From: Propionibacterium freudenreichii subsp. freudenreichii
Lineage (GTDB): Bacteria; Actinomycetota; Actinomycetes; Propionibacteriales; Propionibacteriaceae
NCBI RefSeq assembly: GCF_000940845.1
Contig: NZ_CP010341.1
Location: 2,190,001-2,222,000, forward strand
DNA length: 32,000 nt
Direction of reading: 5' to 3'
The translations under genes were made by a program, and so were the position numbers. Below the pieces are notes generated by a model. The model did not search any database. It saw only the letters and a program-made list of their open reading frames with translations, and was not told the origin of the DNA. Below, one piece after another: positions 14,415 through 23,226 of this stretch; positions within the stretch are counted from its first letter, which is position 1, and each line of letters starts with the position of its first letter.

Positions 14415-16127
14415 TCAGAATTCGGCTTCCTGCTTGCGGCGCACGCGCGAGCGGCGGATGCCGCCGTCCAGCGACCAGCCGCCGGCTCCCACCAGCAGGA
14501 ACACGAGTCCGATGCCGGCGAGCAGCAGTTCGATGTCACCGGAGAAGCCGGCCGTGCCCGCCACGAAGGGGTTGAAATCGCCCCAGCGGTAGAAGGCGAT
14601 CGTCAGGCCCGCCAACACCGTGGTGAGCGCCCCGGCCACCCTGGCGCCGAAGCCGAAGACGAACATCACCGCCATCACCAGTAGCAACACCGACAGCCCC
14701 CAGGTGACCATGCCAGCGCGGGGGATGCCGATGCTCACCAGGGCATCGACGACGGGCTGGCGCTCGGTGAGCATCTGGTAGCCGTAGACGCCGATGATCA
14801 CGGCAGTGACCAGGCGCATCAGGAACAGGCCGAGCGCCGGCGCGAACTTGTCGGTGCTGGGACCCTGCGGCTTCTCGATCACCAACGGCTCCTGGGGCTG
14901 TTGGGCCACCGTGCCGAGACGACGCTCGCGTGCCGCCCGTTCGCGGGCACGCTGGGCGGCCTCCTCCTGCTTGACCCGGGCGGCCTCCTCCTGCTTGACC
15001 CGGGCGGCCTCCTCGCGGGCCTTGCGCTCACGGTCGGCCGCGGCGGTGTCGATCACGGGCTTCTGGGTTGCGGTGTCGGCCATGTCGCGCGCGCTGCTGT
15101 TGTGGCTCAGGTCGGCGCCGAACACCGTGGACGCGGCGACCACGGGCATGTTCGGCATCGACGACACGCTCGCGGCAGCGCTGGATGCCTCGTTGGTCAC
15201 CTGCTGGCTGCGCTCGGTGGAGCTGTCAGAGGTGGTGCGCAGGAACGACGAGGTCGCCGATCCGGCGGGCACGGCGGCCTCACCGGACGCGGCACCCTGA
15301 CCGGTCGCAGCGGCGGAACCCGGGGCACCGTCGCGTGCGGCGAGCTCGGCCGCCGTCATGAAGCCGGGGCGGGGACCCGCATCGGGTGCGCTGAAATCGG
15401 GGACGCCACGACCGCCGACGGGGGCCGGCGGTGCCGGCACGGTGCCGGCCATCGACGTGGGGAACTGGCGTGCCGGCGGCTGCGCGGCACCATCTGCCGA
15501 CACGGGCTGGGTTCCGGTGGCACCGGAACCGGGGGCCTGCGGCGCGGCGGGTGCGGGCGTTCCTGCGCCCGGGACCGGCGTTGCGGGCTGGGCGGGCGTC
15601 GGCTGGGCCGGGCCCGCCGGGTTCTGGCTCGCGGGGTTCTGGCCCGCCGGAGTCTGGCCTGCGGGGCTCTGGGCAGCGGGCGCCTGGTTCGACACGAAGG
15701 GAACCGCCTTCGTCTGACCGATGCCCGTGGCCTCGGCGGCCTGGGTCGGCGAGGGCGCGGGGACCGCACCGAAGCCGGGATGGAAGCCGGGCGCCTGGTG
15801 GTCGGTGGCCGCCGGGGCGGCCTGCGCGGCCTGCGCGGCCTGCGCTGCGGCATCGGGCTGTCCGGCCGCGTCGGTGGACGCGGGCCTGGGGCCGGGCTGG
15901 GCACCCGGCTGGGTCAGGGGAGCCGTCGCATCAGCTGCCGACGGCGCTGCGGGCGCAACCGGCTGCGCGTCCGTCGCGGGCTGACCTGCGGGCGTGGAGG
16001 TTCCCGTGGCGTCCGGCACGGGAGCGGCACCGCCCTGGCCAGCAGCCGGCTCGGGCGCCGGCTGTGCGGCGTCGGTGGGTTCGCTCACGCTGTCGTAGAG
16101 GTTGTCTTTCTTGTCCCTCGTCGTCAC
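14415..16127 (-). CDS. Membrane protein with C-terminal DoxX-like domain and ~425-aa Pro/Ala/Gln-rich disordered N-terminal region
   Basis: 570-aa ORF from GTG 16127 with a GAGAGGA SD. The last ~143 aa form four hydrophobic helices resembling DoxX. The N-terminal start could lie further downstream. Confidence 0.7.
   Translation of the reverse strand: MTTRDKKDNLYDSVSEPTDAAQPAPEPAAGQGGAAPVPDATGTSTPAGQPATDAQPVAPAAPSAADATAPLTQPGAQPGPRPASTDAAGQPDAAAQAAQAAQAAPAATDHQAPGFHPGFGAVPAPSPTQAAEATGIGQTKAVPFVSNQAPAAQSPAGQTPAGQNPASQNPAGPAQPTPAQPATPVPGAGTPAPAAPQAPGSGATGTQPVSADGAAQPPARQFPTSMAGTVPAPPAPVGGRGVPDFSAPDAGPRPGFMTAAELAARDGAPGSAAATGQGAASGEAAVPAGSATSSFLRTTSDSSTERSQQVTNEASSAAASVSSMPNMPVVAASTVFGADLSHNSSARDMADTATQKPVIDTAAADRERKAREEAARVKQEEAARVKQEEAAQRARERAARERRLGTVAQQPQEPLVIEKPQGPSTDKFAPALGLFLMRLVTAVIIGVYGYQMLTERQPVVDALVSIGIPRAGMVTWGLSVLLLVMAVMFVFGFGARVAGALTTVLAGLTIAFYRWGDFNPFVAGTAGFSGDIELLLAGIGLVFLLVGAGGWSLDGGIRRSRVRRKQEAEF
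14955..15016. repeat. 24-bp in-frame tandem repeat (2.6 copies) inside the DoxX-domain gene
   Basis: GGCGGCCTCCTCCTGCTTGACCCG occurs twice plus a partial copy. It encodes EEAARVKQ-EEAARVKQ-EEAAQ. Confidence 0.85.
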
Positions 16128-16274
16128 AGGTTGATCCTCTCGTGCTGGTGCAGTCCGAGCTGTCAGACAAAATGGTCAGACTGCTTCACAGCCCATCTTT
16201 CCCGCCCGAGGCCGCCCCGGCCGCCGGTGACACGCCCCCGGACACGATCCGTGCCCCCACAGCCGCAGCCCGCG

Positions 16275-17657
16275 TCAGGATTGCGTCGCGGTGCCCAGTT
16301 GCAACAACAGGGCCTCCATGGCGAGCAACGGGTTCACATTGGTCTCCAACGCCTGGCGGCACTCGAGGATCGCGTCAATGCTGTGCAGCGTCTGCTCCGG
16401 CGTGGTGGCAACGGCGGCACGTGCCACATCGGCGCGCATCTCGGCGTTGATCAGCCCCACCGTGTGGGTCGGCGGCTCATCGAGCGCCCCCTCGACCACG
16501 CCACTGGCCGAATGCAGGCCCGAGGGGTCCACGGCACCGGTCTGCACGGCCAGCACATCGCGGTACCAGGTGGTCAGCTCGGTGAGGCTGCGGTCCAGCG
16601 CGTCACGACGCACCCGCTTGGCGCGGGCCTTCTGCTGGTCCTCCAGGTCGCGCAGCGCCGCAGCCGCATGGCGGGGACGCGCACCCTTCGTGCCGAAGCC
16701 GAGTGCCTCGGACAGCCGCGCCCGGTCGGCCTCGTCGAGCCTGCCGGTGATGCGATCCGCCTCCGCATCGGCGGCCTTCACCAGGTCGTCGGCCACCGTC
16801 AGGCAGGCCCCCACGCTGGTCAGCCGCGAGGGCACCAGCAGCACGGCATGGCGCGCATTGCGCACCTTCTCGTCACGCGCCAGCGCCCGGGCCCGGCCGA
16901 TATGGCCCTGGGCCGCCTTGGCCGCATATTCGGCCATGGCTCGGTCAATGTGGTCGCGTTCCACCAACAGCCGCACCACATCGGAGTTCGGCGGCGTCCG
17001 CAGCGCCACCTGGCGGGTGCGCGAGCGGATCGTGACGATCACATCGTCGGGAGTGGGCGCGCACAACACCCACACGGTCCTGGCGGGTGGCTCCTCGAGG
17101 CTCTTCAGCAGGGCATCGGCGCCCCGGTCGGTGATGCGGTCGGCGTCCTCCACGACGATCACCTGGTGGCGACCCATCGTGGGGCTCATGGACGCCTTGC
17201 GCACCAGGTCACGCACCTCATCGACGCCGATCGACAGCATCTCGGTGCGCACCAGGGTGACATCGGGATGGGCCCCTGACAAGGCAGTACGGCAGTCGTT
17301 GCACTCGCCGCAACCCCCGAAGCGGCACTGCAGCGCCGCCGCGAAGGCCCGCGCGGCATTCGAGCGACCCGAGCCGGGAGGGCCGGTGACCAGCCAGGCA
17401 TGGGTCATGGCGTGCCCCGGTGCCGCGCCGTCCACGGCTGCCGCGTCACCCGACGCGGAACGGACCCGGGCGGCCTCGGCGGCCTCGGCGCCGATCACGG
17501 CGCGACGCAGCACGCGCACCGCCTGCTGCTGGCCCACCAGGTCGGACCACACCCCGACCAGCGGATGGGCCGGGTCGAAGGGCAGCATCTGGCCGCGCGC
17601 CACGGCCGCAGCGGCCCGGACGCGCGCCTCGGCGTCGGAGATCTCCTGGCCTGCCAT
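16275..17657 (-). CDS. holB: DNA polymerase III subunit delta prime
   Basis: 460-aa ORF with an AGGGGG SD. Contains AAA+ Walker A LVTGPPGSGRS followed by the zinc module CRFGGCGECNDCR and SRTRQVALR (sensor). Confidence 0.9.
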   Translation of the reverse strand: MAGQEISDAEARVRAAAAVARGQMLPFDPAHPLVGVWSDLVGQQQAVRVLRRAVIGAEAAEAARVRSASGDAAAVDGAAPGHAMTHAWLVTGPPGSGRSNAARAFAAALQCRFGGCGECNDCRTALSGAHPDVTLVRTEMLSIGVDEVRDLVRKASMSPTMGRHQVIVVEDADRITDRGADALLKSLEEPPARTVWVLCAPTPDDVIVTIRSRTRQVALRTPPNSDVVRLLVERDHIDRAMAEYAAKAAQGHIGRARALARDEKVRNARHAVLLVPSRLTSVGACLTVADDLVKAADAEADRITGRLDEADRARLSEALGFGTKGARPRHAAAALRDLEDQQKARAKRVRRDALDRSLTELTTWYRDVLAVQTGAVDPSGLHSASGVVEGALDEPPTHTVGLINAEMRADVARAAVATTPEQTLHSIDAILECRQALETNVNPLLAMEALLLQLGTATQS

Positions 17658-17726
17658 TGCGCCCCCTGAACTGTTGGATCCCTGTACTGCTGATCATTGA
17701 CCGGTCATTGCCCCGACCTGCGCCCA

Positions 17727-17754
17727 CCCCGCCCTACTAGCCCCGCCCTACTAG
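17727..17754. repeat. Perfect 14-bp tandem duplication CCCCGCCCTACTAG x2
   Basis: Read directly. It is flanked on both sides by CCCCGACCTGC (17711-17721 and 17755-17765) and lies in the 242-bp tmk-holB gap. Confidence 0.9.
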
Positions 17755-17899
17755 CCCCGACCTGCTGAGCTGGACTGCCGAACTCGGGGTTCCCCTCGAT
17801 AGTGCCACCTGCCCTGACAGGAATCGGCACCCGCAGGCGGCGGCGTCCGCAATCCGGGGCGACGATCCACCCCACGGGCCCGGCCCACCCGGGCGCAAC

Positions 17900-18538
17900 T
17901 CAGCCGATCAGCTGCACACCCAGGCCCCGCAGTCGCTCGCGCACCCGGCCGGCCGCCCATTCGCGTCCCTGCCGCCCGGGCAGCACCAGGTAGCGCTCGG
18001 GATCGGCGTTGGCCAGGTCGAGGAAGCCCTGGCGCACGCGACGATGGAACTCCACGCCGGCCTGTTCCAGGCGGTCCTTGTGCTCCTTCATGCCCACCGC
18101 CTCGTCGGGATCGAGGTCGAGCAGCACGGTGAGGTCGGGGCGCAGGCCCCGGGTGGCCCAGTCGGCGATGTCGGCCACCTCGCGCAGCTCCAGCACCCGG
18201 CCCGCCCCCTGATAGGCCAGCATCGAGTCGAGATAGCGGTCACAGACCACCACCTTGCCCGCGGCCAGCGCCGGCACCACCACCTCATGGAGGTGTTGGG
18301 CCTTGTCAGCGGCATAGAGCAGCGCCTCGGCCCGCGGGGCGACGTCGCCGCTCGCCGGGTCGAGCAACAGCTCACGAATGTTGTCGCCAAGGGGCGTACC
18401 GCCCGGCTCACGGGTGACCAGGTGCGACACCCCCGCGTCGGCCAGCGCGTCGGCCAGCAGCTCGACCTGCGTCGACTTGCCGACGCCGTCGCCGCCCTCG
18501 AAGACGACGAACCATCCCGGATAGCGCCGTGTGCTCAT
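17900..18538 (-). CDS. tmk: dTMP (thymidylate) kinase
   Basis: 212-aa ORF. P-loop FEGGDGVGKSTQ, DRYLDSMLAYQG and the LID-region pattern are present. Its start overlaps the upstream stop (ATGA). Confidence 0.95.
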   Translation of the reverse strand: MSTRRYPGWFVVFEGGDGVGKSTQVELLADALADAGVSHLVTREPGGTPLGDNIRELLLDPASGDVAPRAEALLYAADKAQHLHEVVVPALAAGKVVVCDRYLDSMLAYQGAGRVLELREVADIADWATRGLRPDLTVLLDLDPDEAVGMKEHKDRLEQAGVEFHRRVRQGFLDLANADPERYLVLPGRQGREWAAGRVRERLRGLGVQLIG

Positions 18539-19980
18539 CGGTGGTCCCCCGACGCGGACGGCTTGTTGGACGAGAAGGTCAGCGCGAGCAGCTTGGCCCG
18601 CCAGGTGGGCCAGTGGTCCACCAGGTAGCGACGCTCCGCGCCGGTCACCTGCAGCCCGCGCTCCACGGCCCGGCCGGCCGCATAGGCCTGGGCGGGACTC
18701 AGCTCGGCGATCTCGTCGTCGGACAGGAGGCCCTCCGGCGGGCGGGCGGCACTGAGCGCCGCCACCACCTTGCCGAGCAACCGCACCATGTGCTTGCGCC
18801 GCCCGAACAGGACCCCGGCCACCTCGGTGAGCTGGAGCGCCTGCTCACCGACCGTGAGGGCACGCATCCATTCCTTGCGGGTGATCGACTGCGAGCCGCC
18901 ACCGCGCGCCTGGTCACGGCCCATCAGGTCACCTCCCACCAGGTCGCCGCGGATCAGCGCGTCGATATGCCCGATCAGGCGCAGCCGGTCACCGCCCAGC
19001 CGCTCCCCCAGCACGGCACGGGCGGCGGTGGCGCCGTCCACCGTCAACGGCGGCGTGCGGGTGGCCGCCTCCAGGGCGTCCAAGAGGTCCAGGTAGTCGT
19101 CATGGGCGAGCACATGGCCATCGGGATCGGGGCCCAGGGCGTCCAGCCGGCGCAATTGCTCGTCACGCCAGGCCGGTTGCAGCAGGCCCGACAGGGCCTC
19201 GAGCTCGTCGCGCAGGCCGGCCAGTGCGACCACCAGCGCGGTGGCGTCGCCCACCTCGCCGCTGCGCAGTGCCAGGTCGTTGGTGATCACCTCGCGCGCC
19301 CGTCGGGCCAGCACCCATCCGACGAAGGCATCGAGGCTGCCGCCGGCCGGGCGCTCACCGGGCAGGGCATCGTCGCGGCTTGCCGCCACCGCCTGCTCGA
19401 ACAGATGGGGCAGCGCGTCGACACGCTGCGCGCCGATGGCCTCGAAACGCTCGATGATGAAGGCGCGACGCTGCGGGTCCAGCCCGGCGACGTCGATCGC
19501 CACCTGGCGGAAGCGGCCGGCGGCCACGCCCCGGCGACGCACCACGATCCGGTCTGAGGTCAGCGTGGCCACCACTGTGCCGTGGTCGTCGATCACCGCG
19601 TAGCGCACCCGCATCCGGGTGGCGACCACCACGGGACGCAGGGCATTGCGTCCACGGAAGGGGCGGGTCAGGTCGGCCACCTCGTCGGGCAGCTCGGCCT
19701 CCACGCCCACCGGGTCGTCGCGTTCGGCCGGCAGCCACGGCGTCCAGTCCGGACCCCAGACGAACCACTCGCCGTGGTCACCATAGCTCTGCTGGGCCAC
19801 CTTCACCCCGGCGCGCTGCAGGCGCTCGTCGGCGGTGTCCATGAGGGTCACCGTGGCGGGCGGCAGGTGCTCCGGGTCGCGGGGCACCACCCGGTCGAGC
19901 GCCAGGCCGATGTCGGTGAGCAACGGCGATTCCACATGCCAGGGCAGCTGGAAGTACCAGGTGGCCCGCTTCTTCGACAT
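18535..19980 (-). CDS. Conserved hypothetical protein, degenerate CYTH-like N-terminal and CHAD-like helical C-terminal region suspected
   Basis: The start is taken as ATG 19980 (MSKKRATWYF) with an AAGGAG SD. The Arg-rich extension to 20319 in the ORF track is the alternate frame of the topA tail. The domain idea is from by-eye pattern only (MDTADERLQRAGVKV; RMRVRYAVIDDHGTVVATLTSDRIVV). Confidence 0.75.
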   Translation of the reverse strand: MSKKRATWYFQLPWHVESPLLTDIGLALDRVVPRDPEHLPPATVTLMDTADERLQRAGVKVAQQSYGDHGEWFVWGPDWTPWLPAERDDPVGVEAELPDEVADLTRPFRGRNALRPVVVATRMRVRYAVIDDHGTVVATLTSDRIVVRRRGVAAGRFRQVAIDVAGLDPQRRAFIIERFEAIGAQRVDALPHLFEQAVAASRDDALPGERPAGGSLDAFVGWVLARRAREVITNDLALRSGEVGDATALVVALAGLRDELEALSGLLQPAWRDEQLRRLDALGPDPDGHVLAHDDYLDLLDALEAATRTPPLTVDGATAARAVLGERLGGDRLRLIGHIDALIRGDLVGGDLMGRDQARGGGSQSITRKEWMRALTVGEQALQLTEVAGVLFGRRKHMVRLLGKVVAALSAARPPEGLLSDDEIAELSPAQAYAAGRAVERGLQVTGAERRYLVDHWPTWRAKLLALTFSSNKPSASGDHR

Positions 19981-20023
19981 GCTCGCTCCTTGTCGCCCGC
20001 GACGCCGGGTGCGCCGGCGCAGG

Positions 20024-22819
20024 TCAGTTCGTCGACGTGGTGGCTGACTTCTTCGCCGCCGGCTTCTTCGCGGCCGGCTTGGCGGTGGACGCCGAGGACG
20101 TAGCCTTCTTGGCCGCTGGCTTCTTCGCTGCCGGCTTCTTGGCAGCTGCCGTCTTCTTGGCCGGAGCCTTCTTCGCCGTCGCCTTGCGGGTGGTGCGCTT
20201 CTTCGGCGCCGGACCCTTGGCCCGCTTCTCGGCCAACAACTCTGCGGCGCGGTCGAGCGTGATCGCCTCCACCGAATCAGCCTTGCGCAGGGTCGCGTTG
20301 TACTCACCATCGGTGACATAGGGGCCGAAACGGCCGTCCTTCACCACCACCGGCTTGCCCGAATTCGGGTCCTCGCCCAGCTCACGCAAGGGGGCCGCCG
20401 CCTGCCGCCCACGCCTCTTCGGTTGGGCGAACAATTCGGCCGCCTGCTCCATCGTCGTGGTGAAGATCGACTCCTCACTGGGCAGTGAGCGCGTGTCGGA
20501 ACCCTTCTTCAGGTAGGGGCCATAGCGTCCGTTCTGGGCGGTCACCTGCTCCTCGCCCTCACCACCGACCACGCGCGGCAGCGACAACAGCTTCAGCGCG
20601 TCGTCAAGGGTCACCGTGGCCGGATCCATCGTGCGGAACAGGCTGGCCGTGCGCGGCTTGACCTTCGACTTCTTCGCTGCGGGCGCATCGTCGTCGTCGG
20701 GCAGCACCTCGGTGACATAGGGGCCGAAACGCCCCGCCTTCACCACGATCGCCAGGTGCGTGGTGGGGTCGAGCCCGAGCTCACGCTCATCGCCGCCGGT
20801 GTGCGCCAGCAGCTCGCGGGCCGCCTCGACGGTCAGCTCGTCGGGAGCCATGTCCTCGGGCACATTGGCGCGGTGCTCCTCCTCGTCCTGCACATAGGTG
20901 CCGTAGCGGCCCACGCGCACGTCGATGCCGGAGTCGAGGTCGCCCAGGTGGAAGGTGGACAGCGCCCGGGCGTCGATGTCGCCCAGCGAGTTCGTGAGCT
21001 CGTGGAGGCCCTCGTGGGCGTCGGCATTGTTGTTGCCGAAGTAGAACGACTGCAACACCGCCAGCCGGTCGGCGTCGCCCTTGGCGATCTCGTCGAGGTG
21101 GTCCTCCAGCGCCGCGGTGAAGTCATAGTCGACCAGCTCGGAGAAATGCTCCTCGAGCAGCCGGGTGACGGCGAACGCCAGCCAAGTGGGCACCAGCGCC
21201 GAGCCGCGCTTGAACACATAGTCGCGGCTGGTGATGGTGCGGATGATCGACGCATAGGTCGACGGACGACCGATGTCGAGCTCCTCGAGCTTGGCCACCA
21301 GGCTCGGCTCGGTGAAGCGCGCCGGCGGCTTCGTCTCGTGGCCCTCGGGATTGATCGCGGCGGCATCGAGCTTCTGCTCGGCGGCCAGCTGCGGCAGCCT
21401 CGCCTGGGCCTGTTCGGGCTTGTCGCTCGACTCCACATAGGCCTTCAGGAAGCCCTGGAAGGTGATCGTGCGGCCCGAGGCGGTGAACTGTGCGGTGCGC
21501 ACTGGCTGGGGCGTCACGCCCTCCAATGCGACCCGCTGGGTGGGCGTGGCCTCGATGCGCACGGTCATCTGCTGACCGGTGGCGTCGGCCATCTGCGACG
21601 CGACGGTGCGCTGCCAGACCAGCTCGTAGAGCTTGAACTGGTCGCCGCGCAGGCCCGTCTGGGCCGGCGTGCGGAAGTGCTCACCGGAGGGACGAATCGC
21701 CTCGTGGGCCTCCTGGGCGTTCTTCACCTTCGAGTTGTAGATGCGGGGACGCTCGGGCACGTAGTCGGCGCCGTAGAGCTGGGTGATCGCGTCCCGTGCG
21801 GCGGTGATCGCCTGGCCCGACAGCGTCACCGAGTCGGTACGCATATAGGTGATGTAGCCGTCCTCGTACAGCTCCTGGGCCACGCGCATGGTGCGATCGG
21901 TGGTGAAGCCGAGCTTGCGACCGGCCTCCTGCTGCAGCGTGGTGGTGCGGAAGGGCGCCGCGGGGCGACGCGTGTACGGCTTGGCCTCGACGGCGGTCAC
22001 CACGAACGGCGCGGTGGCAAGGGCCGACGACAGGGCATCGGTGGCCGGCTTGTCGAGCACGGCGACGTCGGACTTGGCGTGGCCCAGCGAGTCGAAGCTG
22101 GAACCCTGCGCGATGCGCTGGCCGTCCAGGCTCACCAGGCGGGCGGGGAACTGGCGGGGCGTGGCGGAGGCGCCGGCGTCGAGGATCGCCTCGATGTCCC
22201 AGTAGGACGCGGCCCGGAAGGCCATCCGGTCACGCTCACGGTCGACGATCAGGCGGGTGGCAACCGACTGCACGCGTCCGGCCGACAGGCGGGGCATGAC
22301 CTTCTTCCACAGCACCGGACTCACCTCGTAGCCGTAGAGGCGGTCGAGGATGCGGCGGGTCTCCTGTGCCTCCACGAGGTCCTCGTCGAGGGTGCGCGGA
22401 TGCTTGACGGCCTCCTGGATGGCGGCCGGGGTGATCTCGTGGAAGACCATGCGCTTCACCGGGATCTTCGGCTTCAGCTCCTGCAGCAGGTGCCACGCGA
22501 TGGCCTCGCCCTCGCGGTCACCGTCAGTGGCCAGGTAGAGCTCGTCGGCGTTCTTCAGCTCGGCCTTGAGCTGCTTGATCGTGGACTTCTTGTCGGCGCT
22601 CACCACGTAGATGGGTGCGAAGTCGTCGTCCACGTTGACGCCGGTGCGCGCCCAGCTCTGGCCCTTGTACTTGGCGGGCACCTCGGCGGCGCTGGTCGGC
22701 AGGTCGCGCACATGGCCACGGCTCGACTCCACGACATAGCCGGGGCCCAGGTAGCCGGCGATCTTCGTCGCCTTGGTGGGCGACTCGACGATGACGAGTC
22801 TGCGCGGAGTAGTTGCCAC
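20024..22819 (-). CDS. topA: DNA topoisomerase I
   Basis: 931-aa ORF from GTG 22819 with a GAAGGAA SD. It has TOPRIM LVIVESPTKA and the active-site region ITYMRTDS. Four C-terminal GR(F/Y)G(P/T)Y repeats replace zinc fingers, and the tail is Lys/Ala-rich. Confidence 0.97.
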   Translation of the reverse strand: MATTPRRLVIVESPTKATKIAGYLGPGYVVESSRGHVRDLPTSAAEVPAKYKGQSWARTGVNVDDDFAPIYVVSADKKSTIKQLKAELKNADELYLATDGDREGEAIAWHLLQELKPKIPVKRMVFHEITPAAIQEAVKHPRTLDEDLVEAQETRRILDRLYGYEVSPVLWKKVMPRLSAGRVQSVATRLIVDRERDRMAFRAASYWDIEAILDAGASATPRQFPARLVSLDGQRIAQGSSFDSLGHAKSDVAVLDKPATDALSSALATAPFVVTAVEAKPYTRRPAAPFRTTTLQQEAGRKLGFTTDRTMRVAQELYEDGYITYMRTDSVTLSGQAITAARDAITQLYGADYVPERPRIYNSKVKNAQEAHEAIRPSGEHFRTPAQTGLRGDQFKLYELVWQRTVASQMADATGQQMTVRIEATPTQRVALEGVTPQPVRTAQFTASGRTITFQGFLKAYVESSDKPEQAQARLPQLAAEQKLDAAAINPEGHETKPPARFTEPSLVAKLEELDIGRPSTYASIIRTITSRDYVFKRGSALVPTWLAFAVTRLLEEHFSELVDYDFTAALEDHLDEIAKGDADRLAVLQSFYFGNNNADAHEGLHELTNSLGDIDARALSTFHLGDLDSGIDVRVGRYGTYVQDEEEHRANVPEDMAPDELTVEAARELLAHTGGDERELGLDPTTHLAIVVKAGRFGPYVTEVLPDDDDAPAAKKSKVKPRTASLFRTMDPATVTLDDALKLLSLPRVVGGEGEEQVTAQNGRYGPYLKKGSDTRSLPSEESIFTTTMEQAAELFAQPKRRGRQAAAPLRELGEDPNSGKPVVVKDGRFGPYVTDGEYNATLRKADSVEAITLDRAAELLAEKRAKGPAPKKRTTRKATAKKAPAKKTAAAKKPAAKKPAAKKATSSASTAKPAAKKPAAKKSATTSTN

Positions 22820-23011
22820 GGTGTTCCTTCAGGTTTGGTTCGTGCGTGTGGTGCGTGCCCCATGAGGCTGCGGGCACGAGGTCTTGGGTCTCGTGGGGCC
22901 TGGTCGTTGCGGTGTTGCTGACAAGCGGGTGCTGCCGGATCTGGGGTTGGCGGACCTGGCAACGGGCCGGACGCCCAAGATGCTAGCGCCTGACCCCGGC
23001 CGGGGTTGACG

Positions 23012-23037
23012 GGCACCTGCTCCCGGCACCTGCTCCC
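23012..23037. repeat. Perfect 13-bp tandem duplication GGCACCTGCTCCC x2
   Basis: Read directly. It is adjacent to the 14-bp GC palindrome ACCCCGGCCGGGGT at 22993-23006, upstream of topA. Confidence 0.9.
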
Positions 23038-23130
23038 CCGTTCCCCACAGCGCCTGTGCGGTGCGGGGAGGCGCTGTCGGGTTCGTTACTGCACAACAGT
23101 GCCCTATATCTACAGTGCACGCCCGAACAA

Positions 23131-23149
23131 GGGACACCGGGGGTGTCTC
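23131..23149 (-). terminator. Short hairpin downstream of the NPPY methyltransferase
   Basis: The minus-strand RNA is GAGACACC-CCC-GGUGUCCC (one mismatch) followed by UUGUUC, about 80 nt after the stop at 23227. Confidence 0.3.
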
Positions 23150-23226
23150 ATCGGTACCCGCTGTGTGCAGGGCGGTGTGGGGCCGACGGTGGGAGGGCGC
23201 CCCATGGCCCTCCGTCCCGGGGGCCG

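Noticed and set aside
14901-17279. 792-aa ORF antisense to the DoxX-domain gene and holB.
   Set aside because: It is low-complexity Gly/Arg sequence, and the holB motifs lie on the other strand.
19981-20319. Arg-rich N-terminal extension of the 594-aa ORF.
   Set aside because: It is the alternate frame of the Lys/Ala-coding topA tail. ATG 19980, with an AAGGAG SD, is the credible start.
20756-22921. 721-aa ORF antisense to topA.
   Set aside because: topA is unambiguous on the minus strand. The antisense frame is open only because of GC3 bias.
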